Shown piece after piece: positions 47,501 through 59,500 of a stretch of 64,000 nt of DNA. Under the pieces are notes generated by a model that was not told the origin of the DNA, did not search any database, and worked only from the letters and a program-made list of their open reading frames with translations. The position numbers and the translations under genes are program-made. This DNA comes from Lytechinus pictus (lineage: Eukaryota). The stretch spans positions 4,590,001 through 4,654,000 of the forward strand of contig NC_087252.1 in the NCBI RefSeq assembly GCF_037042905.1, read 5' to 3'. The first letter of the stretch is position 1; each line of letters begins with the position of its first letter.

Positions 47501-50500
47501 CTCTTGTCACAGGTTCATCAACCCCCTTTTCTTTACCACACCTAAAATAATGTTCAAAAATTATTTTCCTTCATATATTCATGTCCTTTTAATATGAAAC
47601 TGAATGGGTAACTACTTACGTTGAGTTCAGCAAGTTGCTTTGCCAATAGGTTCAGGGCCTTCACTAGGAGAGCATTCTCTGTTGACTCCCCAACAGCTTC
47701 ATCTGAACAAAAAGGTAAAAAAAAAATCAGATACAAAGTGTTAAATGTGTTAAGTGTAATGTATTTATTACAGTAATGGAATGAAGTGATCAAACACTAT
47801 TGATGAAGATTTCACAATAAGTGACCACAAAGTATTTTGGAGGTGATGTGGTGTAGTAGTTAAGGTCCTTGACTCTTAAACTAAGGGTCGAGGGTTTGAA
47901 TCCAACATGGCTGTTGGCACTATTGTCCTTTGGCAAGGCACTCATTCACATTTGTCACCTCATCCCAGATGTTAAATGGGTGCCCGGAAGGATGCAAACG
48001 TCAATGTGATTAGATTGACATGTATGCACTGGTAAAAATGATTGCCGGCCTGGATACTCCCCAAGGAGTGGAGATGGTGCACTTTATGTGTGGAAAAATG
48101 ATGGATCCTATGACCAGGGTGATAATAATTACAAAGTAAAGTGCTTAGAAACACAAAATATGAAGCACTACATAAATGTAACTCATATTATTCATTTATT
48201 ATTGCAGCCTTTCATTCACCTCCCTCCCTAACACAGTGAGCCACTGCAGTTTTTTCGCCCTTTTTTCGCCGTTTTGTGTGTTATAACCTATGGGAAATTC
48301 AAAGTTGCAGTTTTTTCGCCGTTTTGAAAACGGCTAGAAAAGGGCGAAGAAAGGGAGAATTTTTGGAGAAAAAACGGCCAAAAAACGGCTACATTAGGTT
48401 TCCTATGTAAACCTTGAATTATTATGGAGTGCCATCATTGTTCAATATAAGCGGAGCTATTGATTTCCCCATGAAAACGGCGAGAAAACTGCGAATGTTA
48501 AGGACAAGGATCCTGTTAGAGGAGTGAAGATACTGAGAGAAAACGGCTAATAAACGGAGACAAAAGGGCGAGAAAATGGAGACAAAAGGGCGAATGGGTA
48601 GTAAGGCGTGTGTTGCATAAAACGGAGAGAAAAGGGCGAATGGGTAGTAAGGCGTGCAGTGCATAAACGGAGAGAAAAGGGTGAATGGGTCCCAAGGAGT
48701 GCATTGCAAGAAACGGAGAGAAAATGGCGGGAAAACAGAGAGAAAAGGGAAAAAAAACAGAGAGAAAGGGCAGATGAGTAGTAAGAGGTGAGAGCATGAA
48801 ACAAAGAAAAAAAAAAGGTTAGAAAAAAAAAGAAAAGGGCGAATGGGTAGTACGAAGTGCATTGCATAAATCAGAGAAAAGGGGCAAGAAAACTGAGACG
48901 AAATGGCGAATTAGTAAGAAGTGCATTGCATAAAATTGCTTTAAAAATGTGAAAAAGTGTGATATGCATTGAGAAAAAGCAACTAGAAAACGTAGAATAT
49001 ATATTTGCAATATTTCTATAACCTTAAGATTTTCTTAAGAACTCCTTTTGGAAATAAGCTCTAGTTTTCATGGGTAATATTTAATAATAATTCTCATTTT
49101 CATTCATGTAAAAAAAAAATTGTTATTTTACTTTCGGGGGGGGGGGGGGGGGGGGGGGTTAGGCCTTCTTTCATAAATCTTATTTACATATTGTATAGGC
49201 CTACTACATTAATTGTTTTATTTCAACATTTTTTATATTTCATGTGGACTTATGTGAAAATAAAATTTAATTGAATTGGATTGACACTTCTTTGAATACT
49301 TCATTCTTTACTGTTATTTTCTCTTCTTCATGGGCGGGAACTCGAGGGGGACGCGTCCCTCACTTTTTGGAAAGGGGGGCATAATATCAAATCCCCCTCT
49401 TTGTGATCTTTTATGATGGAGAACAATAAATCATTTAAAGTCGAATGTAGTTAAAGAGCTTAAATTTGCCCTATTTACTAAAAAATGCAAAATTTCTCGC
49501 GCCGAATATTGGCACGCAGGTTGTCTGGGACATAATCTACAAAATTGTATCGTAATTTATTTCATGCAACTCCCTTCAAAGCTCAGAATGTTCTATGTTT
49601 CTATGGTATAAGAACTCTTTGTGTACATGAACAAAATTGCGATATCAGATCAATTTCTTATGTCTTATATCGTTTTTTTGCAATTTCTTATGTATTTCTT
49701 TGTTTTTTACATTTTGTGTTTCATTATTTTTTCAATTAAATTTGTTTGGGACTCTTCTGATATCATAAACAGCATTACATCTAGACCAGCAAAATAATCA
49801 TACATTTATGTTTTTTGTTGAAAACACAATTTGCATTGACTTTGTACACGAAATCACATTTTTGAGCAATTTTGGGTGTGACATGTACTTATATAATAAC
49901 CGCATACACGGGTGACGCAAAACTGGTCTAAAAAGTTGCGCAAGACTTGAAAGTAAAAATTTAGCGAGCGGCGAAAATTTTGCACGAATCGTTGAGGGGG
50001 GGGGCGGCCTAGATAGGTTTAATGGATTATTCTCTGATACCAATGACCAGTGGAGGACTGTGACCCAGAGGAGACAAAGCATTGGAGGGGCACAGCATTG
50101 TTCACAAACAATACAGTGCCCCTCCCATGCTTTGTCTCCTCGATCCGGGTCACGGTCCGCCACTGCCAATGACTTTTAAATGTATTACAAATTTAATTAT
50201 GAACCAATAAAATCCTTCGAATAAACTGGCGTAAAGGGATGGGGCACATCCAAGAATCTGTATGGAAGTGGGCAGGGGCGGATCCAGGATCTTCCAAAAG
50301 GGAGGAGGGGGAATCTTTCGGGGGAAAATTTTGACAAGCCAAAAAAAAAAGTCTTCAATTCTAAAGGGGGGGGGGGGGCACATCTTGCTTTCAAATGGCA
50401 ATTTTACTTTACAAATTTTAATTGTCCTTATCAAAAAAAGGGGGGGCACGTGTCCCCTGTGCCCCCCATGGATTCGCGCATGTAAGTGGGGGTATTTTGT

Positions 50501-53500
50501 ACAAATATATATAGCCATACCCTCGCAAGTTAAGTGTACGATGAGTTACTGATGACATTGACCAAATCAATGTCGTTAATGAAACACAGAGGCAAATAAG
50601 GGCAGCAATATTAATTCCCACATACTTAATTTATTTCATCTGCTTATTATACTTAAAGGGAACTGTATATCACATCCTATAATAAATATTACATTTATGA
50701 ATTTGGCTCAGAATTTTGAATGTTGCAACTTTCTCCAGTGGTTCTCTATTGCGTTTTCTGTCCTTTCACCTACGAACACACTGACCCCTCTTAAAAACTT
50801 CACCCCCGGTATGCACTTGCCTCCCACTTGGTATTTTGCCATTTTATGTTAATTCAAATACTCGCATGATAATATGCAGAAAGGCACTTTTCATGTTTCT
50901 GATGCTGCAGTCACATTTCCCCTACCGCGGCGTACGGCGAGTAAAAAAAAACAGCCGTTTTATTAATGTGTAGGTGGTACAAAAAAGTCTTAACGGATGT
51001 TTTCGACCCGCCGTAAGGGAAATGTGACTGGGCCATTGGTCATTTAAGCAGTATCCAACAAACCACTTTGATATACTTTGATTACTTGGGGGAGGCATAC
51101 ATCAGCCTCCATGATGTCATGAGCTGGTTCGATCTCGTTGGTGTATTGGTCAAAACTGTGTTTTATAGTGTTAAAGACCCCAATGCACTTGAGCTCCTTC
51201 ATTTTATTTAGGAAAGATAACTCTTAAAATGTATAAAAGAAGCTTTGGAGTGAATGCCCTAGCTGTCGCGACTTGAATGGGGTCAATTAATTACACCGTC
51301 TCGCACCTTTTGTGAACAATGGATGAAGGTGTGAAAATTGCGGTTAACACCTAACAATAGGAAGAATCTGTTTCAACTTAAAGTTACGCCACATATCGAA
51401 AACTTGTACGCAGTGTACCGGACATGTAAAAACATAGCAGACGACGTTTGCAGACCTCGCGATCATCGTATGACTAGTGGTGCGGAATGTTCCATTGCGG
51501 CTTTATGGGTGAAATAGCATTACAGAGGGATAAAATGTATACACAGATAATGTTTCAGCGTTGATTCGCAATATTTTGAGTCAATTTTCATGAATTATCG
51601 TTGTTTGAACATTTAAACATCATTATAAAATGAAAGAAATAAGCAAAACTTAATTTTCAGACTTAGCTATGCAGTGGTAAGCTAGGATGCACCCCTCGTA
51701 TACATAATGGACCCGTCACGAGTGTAGGTTTGCTCTTCGGACATCACTATCACAAAGAAAATCTCCTCTGATTTGATGATAAAAGTGCCCTATTTCCTTA
51801 TTAACCAATCTCCATGGTTCTTTCATGAGTATTTGCCTTACAATGTGCCCTTTATTGTAATCTGGGCGGAAATTCATGATACCACCACCCACCGATGTGA
51901 CGAGGGATATAATCCACCCGGGTACTATAAAAATGTCCCCCAAACCCATTATCCCAATACATATTCCTGACTATGGATGGTTTTTAGTGATTTTAATGTA
52001 ATAAAGTGCCATATTTCCCACCAATTGAATGTAAAGAAAATTATGGTCATCTGATAGAAGAAGTTGTTACCATTCATTTCAGGGAGGCGGAAATTCTATC
52101 TGAATCAACGCTTGTCCTTGGTACACATTTGTTTGTGAAAAAAGGGTATAATGCAAGGGAATTCTGCGTGTTATAAGGGTGCGCGCGTGCAGCGAGGACC
52201 TTCTGTCCGCTAGTTTTCCATATGTGATCTCTTGTGATCTCTTGTTGTGTTTCTTCAACCCGGATGAATCCCCCAAACCACATTGTCCAATCCCTGACCT
52301 ACTACAATAGTCAGCGTTTGTGAAAATGGAATGATAATCGAGGATGATAGTGTATTTGTGATGTAAATAATGATGTTGGTGATAATGAAGGGGGATGAAG
52401 AGGAAGAAGAGGACGAGAATGATGGTGGTGGTAATGATTTTGATGCGGTGATGATGGCGATAACATAATTATTTTTTTTCTTAATAAACGTATTATGTGT
52501 GTAAATTTATTTTAAAAAAAAAAGAAATTTTCTTTGTAAGAATGTGGATAAGATGCATATTATTTTATATTATCTTTGTTTTTTCTCTCTGATATTTGTG
52601 TTTGATTTGTCTCTATTGTTCTGATTATATATGCATGTATATATATCGTGATTTCGTTAATACCTTTGTTAATTCAATAAAACACATAAATTATATATGA
52701 TACAGTGATTATACAATGAGCGTTATGGTTAACGATTTTGCACAAGCTGGTTATCAAAATGACGCTAGACGATTTTGGTAATAAGACCCACGTGGATTTA
52801 GACGAATTGGCATAACATGTACAATGAATCAATTGTAGCTAACTCAATAAAGTATCCAAGCACATAGGGCTTAATGTGACATATGGAAAGTACTCAATAG
52901 ATCTTTCATTAGAAAAACAAAATCGAGAAAAGATCCCTGTCGTGAGGTAATAGCTTTACTCAAGTGATTGTCATGTAGACCTCTATATATAACTATAATG
53001 TATTTTATTTGTTTTGAACCATCTCTAATCATTGCTTTGGTTTTTAATCAATTATTTTTAATGTTTACAAGCTTTATACTTTTTAATATGTTCGGTAATA
53101 TGTTACTGAATAGCATATTCAATGAGTATTACGTCGTTATAATCATCATATTCTTTAAATATAGTGAAAAAACTGGGAGCTTTATAACAATGCCAGTCAC
53201 TTATTCGTTTTGTTGACGAAGGAATGTTTTGAAAGAAAAGTTGACCATGAGGCCGTTGTCTTTTGCTTTCTTGGTCAAGCTTTGATCTGTAAGAAGATCT
53301 TTGTCAGGACTGTATGAATTAAAGCAATAAAGTGTAATATTATCCTTCTATAATAATACAATAATATATGAATTAGAATAAGTATGGCACGAGTAGAACA
53401 ACAATTTCTCAAGTAAAACTTATATTATTAATGATAATGTCGATAAAAACAACGATTACAACAAAATCATTAACTTTTATATGTACTGATAAGTAATTGA

Positions 53501-56500
53501 AAGCCAGTATATATATAGGTTCCTCTCTAGCCATCTTTATGTATTGTGCTTTTAATTGCAGATGCTAATTGCCCCGGTAGTTGCGTGCATGTCTTCTCCA
53601 AGAGAGCTTGTACATATAGCTTACAGGTGACATGCACGCAACTGAACACTTAAACAAAGTAAGAGCAATTAAACAATACATGTATACCTGTTCCATTACT
53701 GAATTTTTAAGTTAACAGAATTTGAGGAGACAATTTCCGAACTCCTTTATGCAGCATCTAAGTTCCCTTACATTAGTTACCATGTATTTAATTCCTTGAT
53801 CATGGTCATATGATAAAACTCAAGCATCGCTTAATCTTCAAGGCTTCTGACAAAAAAAAAAATACTTGACGAATCAATGACAATTTACTTGTTACAAACA
53901 TGTATCAATCGGCGCCTTATTGGCTTCATGAAGAGTGCCAATGTAGCTGATGTGATATTTATTGATAAATAGATTATCTAACGAAAATATCATTACAGCA
54001 TCTAAGTTTTCAAATGGTATGAAATGCTACGGGTGTCTTCTCGTTTACATCAAACGTTAAGATAAAAAAGTCTTAATGTTTGCTCGCTCACAACTTAAAA
54101 AAAAAAAAATTTGCCCGATATGCCATATTTAGCCCCTTCAAAATCTTTGGCTCATTACGCCACTGATATGTTTCGTCACATGCACTTCTATGCAAATGCT
54201 AATATACTAAACGTTGTGAGCGAGGAAGCCTTAAAAAAAATTCGATATTTTCATTTTAAAAAGATCAAATTTTGTAAAGTAGATTTTGACATAAATGTAT
54301 TTAGAAAATGATATATTTCACCTTTCTCTCTTTTCTTTTCTTTTCTTTCCTTTTTTAGTCGTCATTTTAAGGGGAAGCGCCCCCAAGTCCCCCATATGTG
54401 CACTTCTACCAATAGCATTATGTTGTTGTTATTATTTGATGAATAATTTTCGTAGAAACGACTGGCTCAGAAAACTATTAAACACAGCCTTTCATGAAAA
54501 GCTCCCCCAGTTGTCCCAAGAAGGTGTGTTTATTTGATTCCCCTCCCTCAACCCACCCTTTCGAGAAAAGCTATCCTGGTTTTCTCGAAAGGGTGCGGCC
54601 ATCACCGCTCCGAAAAAGCAAACGATTGTAACAAGCCCAAGAAGATATAGAAAAAAAATACAGGAGAGTAGAGTATACTGCATACATTTAGCACTTTGCA
54701 ACATCTTTCCAAAAGAAAATTTATGAAAAAATCATATTTACTAAGTATCTATTTTCTAAAGATAACAAACAAATGGTGAAAATTAGTTAATTACAGATTT
54801 TTGTTAATTCTCTTATGACAGCAGAAAACACATGTTTGGTATCAAACCACAAGTGACAAATCATTTCACATGCGAAGAGGGGCGCAATCGGAAGCTGAGA
54901 AGTTTTTTTTTTCAGATATAGGCCTATTGATTTCAGCCATTTTAAAATCTTAATATTTAGTAGGTATTCGTCATTACTTTATGGTGGAAGTTTGATGAAT
55001 TTTAAGAAAGGTTTGATATGATTGAAAAAATGAAGATTGTTCGGTATATTCACCACCATACATTACCGTACATGTTATTCCAAGTTGTCACAATTGTCAC
55101 TCATGCACCCGCTTGTGTGGTACAACATTATTTGCTGATTTGTACTTGTTTAGTCTTATTTATTATTACTTTTGTGCCTTTTGCCATTTGTTAGCTGTTT
55201 CCGCAAGGGAGACATTCGCCCTTTATTAGCCATTTTGTAGCCGTTTCCCACAAGGGAGGTATTCGCCCTTTATTAGCCGTTTTGTAGCCGTTTTCCACAA
55301 GGAAGGTATTCGCCATTTATTAGCCGTTTTGTAGCCGTTTTCCACGAGGGAAGTACTCGCCCTTTATTCGCCGTTTTGTAGCCGTTTTCCCGAATGGAGA
55401 TATTCGCTATTTTATTCTGATGAAAATCATTGTTGGATACAGTTAGCTTTCCATAGTCGGTACACTTTTTTTGTCGCCGTTTTTTTGCCGTTTTCTAGCC
55501 CTTTTCTAGCCGTTTCCTGTGGGGGAAAAAGGGAGAAAAAAGGGAGAAAAAACGGCAAAAAAACGGCGAATCGCCCAAACCAGTCTGGCTCACTGTGTAA
55601 AGAACACTCACCTAGTACTGGTATTGATCTATTAACAATGTGAAGTGAACTTTGAAGTCTCTCTGAGATAGAGGCTTCCTCACCAGGTACCTGGATATTA
55701 AAAAAAAAACAATGATTGAGAGAAAAAAAGCAAGAGTTAATTACACAGGTTTTGAAGATAAGATGGCTACAAATACTGACAAACAAGGAAGTGCAAGAAA
55801 TAAGGGGGATCAATGACATAAACATATGAATAAGGTGAGGATGGATGGGTCACATACATGTACTAGACAAAGACAGCACTAATATAGAGATGAAGACCTA
55901 AAGGGACACGGCGGAAAACTATTGAAGAGGAGATGAAGCCAATAAACCAAACCTGGACTGGGCTGGGGACACTTGCTCAGTACAGAGGAAACTGGCTCTC
56001 AACTGTGGAGGCCTTATGCACCGACAAGTGTGAAGAGGATTAAGGAAGTACATGCAAGTAAGGAGTTCCACACGTAAACTCATTTTTATTCAGGGTTTCA
56101 TACAGGGAGGTCATCAAAGATAGTCAAAAAATATTTCTTCTCATTAGGACTTCATAAAAACAGGTTGGCTGTTAATAAGAAAGTTTGTAGATAAAACTAA
56201 GCATTGGAAGACATTTGTACCAAGTCCAAAAGCCACCGGCACAAAATCTTTTAATGGAAAGTATTTAATTTGAATTAATTTCTCACCTGATTAATTGATT
56301 TTTCTAGAGCAGTTCTGATGTCTTCAGTTGATTCTGAATCTGATTTGGTTTCTATTATAGGCAAAAACAGATAAGTTATTAGGTCAGATTAGCATAATCT
56401 AACAAAACATACCATGTATCTTTACTATATTAACATCTTTCTAGACTTCAATATATTTCTGTTATGTTACAAGTAGTTCAATTCATTCTTGTGAGATGGC

Positions 56501-59500
56501 CATAATTTAAATTAAGTGTGATCCAATCAAGGGCTTCTGTAATTATGAAAGATACAGATACTGAGGGAAGGGAAAATTGTCCATTTCGTAAAATTGAAAA
56601 AAGATAGTGTGTGACGTCATTTGGCCTCTCATTTCCATGTCATGTTATTATGATGTGCACATGGCTGCTTTGTGTGAAAACAGGTAAAACTTTAACATGT
56701 CAAAATATTTATGCTTACTTGAAATTAGGAAATTTTACTTCAGATCAAACTAAACCAAACCAAATTTTTCATCAGATCAAACCAAACTTTAGAGTCAAAG
56801 CTGTCACCATGGTAATACTGACCTGAGCTGTTGTTCAAAGTGACCACTTCTGGTTGGGGAGCAATGACCACATTGTTGACCACTTCAGGTGGCTCATTTA
56901 TTTCAGGCTTCTCTGCACTGTTAAGAGAAAAAGGACCATGATTACATCGCTGGACTTCACTAGACTACACTGGATTAAACTGGATTAATCTGGATTTTAC
57001 TGGGTTCTACTAGATTTCATTTGTACTCAATTAATTAGTAGTTTGCACAGTAAGCTGTCTTGCACATGCATCACAGATTTCCATGTCTTTTCCTGAACTG
57101 CCCCGCCCACAAAATGTTGTTTTCCGGTAGAGTCCTATTATTTAAATTGTGGCAGCAAGAGGAGGGGGAGAGTAGGAGGGTCGGGTTGAGGATGGAGGAT
57201 GCAGTGAATGGGGCAAAGTGGAGGGAAGGGGTAAGGGCAATTGCTACAAGTGTGAGGTGAATTCAGCAACCCTCATTCAACAGGGACAAAACCAGATTTT
57301 GAACTTTGGACTCCTGCCGGACTGACTTTGTCAAAAGAGGGTAGAATATCATGGCATATAACAGCTTCTTCCTCTTCACGAAATCCTGCTTACAGCGGCG
57401 CCACTTAGAAATGGACGAAAAGTTTGAAAACCATCTAGAATCATCCCTGTCCTACATGAAAAGGGTAAACTTTCTATGGCCGAAAATAAGTTCAAAGAGT
57501 CTGTATTCAGCTTTAGTCTGATAAATGCATAACTGGGCACTGTGGCGTGCGCCTGTAATCCAGGCTGCATGGGGAAGTGACAAATTGATGCAGAGGTTCG
57601 AGGTCACGTCTTTCAGATGATGACGTGAAAGCATGGTCCCAGACGTAATTAATCATATCTGATTAATACACATCTGATAAAACTCAATTACACACACACG
57701 CATCCATGTACTTACGGCTTTGAGGTCTCCTCATACACAGGATGTAATTCCGGCGGTAGAGGCCTAGGATTGGGCGTTATCCTTGCGTTACGACGCCCTC
57801 CCTTGGACTGCTTCCTTTCGGTCTCCTGCGTGGTGTGGATAACATCCATCCAGGATTGTCTCTCCTGGGAAGAGTTTGTACAGAGCTCGTAGATCTGAGG
57901 ACCAGCCGCAGACGAGGTACTGACAAGAAAGAAGGCTTTTTTATCTGGAGGAAAACAAAATGAAAACATAAACAATCTGTGAAGATTTTAAAGAAAAAGG
58001 ATGCAGATAAGGAGGCATATAACAGAATGAAAAGGGCAAAGAGGATGATGTCTTTGTGGCAGAGTCTTTCAAAAGAGGAGCTCATAATACTGTAGATGTT
58101 GAGGTATAAAAAAGAAAGGGCATTTTTGCTTTCCACACAAAGTGAATCATCAGCATCAGGGAGCCGTTTTATAAAGCTGTTCGTAAGTTAAGAGCAACTT
58201 TAAGAACGACTGGTGAACCTTTCTAATGCGCTTAACCATCGCCAATGAATATACCATTTACCACAAGAAAGGATCACCAGTCGTTCTTAAAGTCGCTCTT
58301 AACTTACGAACAGCTTTATGAAACACCCACCAGGTTCGATCCCTCTTCAAATCATGGCAAAAACTGAAAATTTCCACATTGCAGCCCTTACACTCATGCC
58401 ACGTGCCCATTATAAATTCCATTTGGTATTTTGAAAATTTGTACAAAGATAGATGTTAATAAGAAGCTGAACCTGGAGGTTCGGATCCAGACTGAAATGA
58501 AAATGAATTAAAAGTAAAAGCAGGGTTCCCACAGACATTCGAAAACAGAATTCCATGACTTCCCGTGACATCCAGGGAGTTATGTAGAATTTGGAATGTC
58601 ACAAAACTGGGAAAAATGGAAATCATGAACACCAATAATACATGTAATAGCAGAGTATGAAAGTTGGGAACATGACAAACTGGAATGCTGCCATAGCCAA
58701 GAGGTAAATGCAATTCTATGACTTTTCACAAATTTTCCAAATTCCCTGACTCTTTCCATGACCACAATTTTCTCCAGGATTTTCCATGACTGTGGGAACC
58801 CTGAAAAGTGAAAGTACTCACTTGTAGCTACTGGCCTGCATAAAACTGTGCTGAGTTTGATGATTGGACTATGTGTTTTTAACTCTTCCCTTGCTTGGTT
58901 TGTTGTCGAATGGAGTTTCAGGACCAGCTTCTCATCCTGCTTTGATAGAAGTACTATCAGCTCTTCCAGGAGTAACACTTGGACCTCTGCATTGGGAAGA
59001 ATGGGAGGATGAGAGGTTCATATGTGAGACATAGCTTTTCTTTGGAACCACTCTTCATCGATGTTGTCATCTTCTTTATCACTGACAAACTACATGATTG
59101 GATCATCATCAGATACCCTGATGATGATCCAATCAAAATCATTGTTAGTTCCCAGTGGGAGCCCTACTAGCCAATAGGAAAGCCCAGTGGCAGGTAGGGC
59201 GTATCCCCAATACAGTTGCTGGCATCGCCCAACTACGCTAATACTGATGCGCTTAATTACAAAGAGAGACAGAGAGCTTTGAAGGATTTTAGAGGAGAAG
59301 CAGACAAAGAAGGAAATCAGAGAAAAAAGGGAGGAATTAATATGTAGGGCCTAACTAATTGTAGCATGAAAAAATAATTTTGAAAATTGTCATGGATGAT
59401 GAGTGAAACTGATACTACAATCTAATCTAAATAATATCATTATATGCTTGACATACAGTCGGCAGGGTATCGGGATATTTGGTACTAAAAGATATGACAA

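Larger units (their letters stand above)
48232..55597. mobile_element. 7.4-kb non-autonomous CMC-type (Chapaev3/EnSpm-like) DNA transposon in RhoGEF intron
   Basis: 12-bp TIR CACAGTGAGCCA / TGGCTCACTGTG; TAA on both flanks; subterminal arrays of tttcgcc/aaacggc motifs at both ends. Confidence 0.82.

Noticed and set aside
47839..47912. tRNA gene
   Set aside because: A and B boxes are present but the cloverleaf is degenerate and it continues into a SINE body and tail.
48232..48260. Genuine RSS / ProtoRAG terminus
   Set aside because: Heptamer only; no nonamer at 12/23 spacing, TSD is 3 bp not 5 bp, and no RAG1/2-like coding sequence is visible.
48422..49010. Overlapping Phe-rich ORFs as a transposase
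   Set aside because: They derive from subterminal tandem repeats; no DDE or zinc-finger motifs.
51716..51949. ORF starting MGLGDIFIVPG, resembling the signal peptide peptidase LGLGD motif
   Set aside because: No transmembrane context or PAL motif follows; the match overlaps a non-coding duplicated block.
53200..53308. Exon-like minus-strand frame PDKDLLTDQSLTKKAKDNGLMVNFSFKTFLRQQNE* after a cag
   Set aside because: Phase does not match the RhoGEF upstream exon, no recognisable homology, and no partner exon was found.
57608..57640. Hammerhead-like CAGAUGA...GAAA
   Set aside because: Core is CAGAUGA rather than CUGAUGA and no stem II forms; better explained as a DeuSINE-like segment.
57532..57699. 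Functional 7SL (SRP) RNA gene
   Set aside because: Similarity ends after about 45-70 nt; no S-domain and no oligo-T terminator at ~300 nt.
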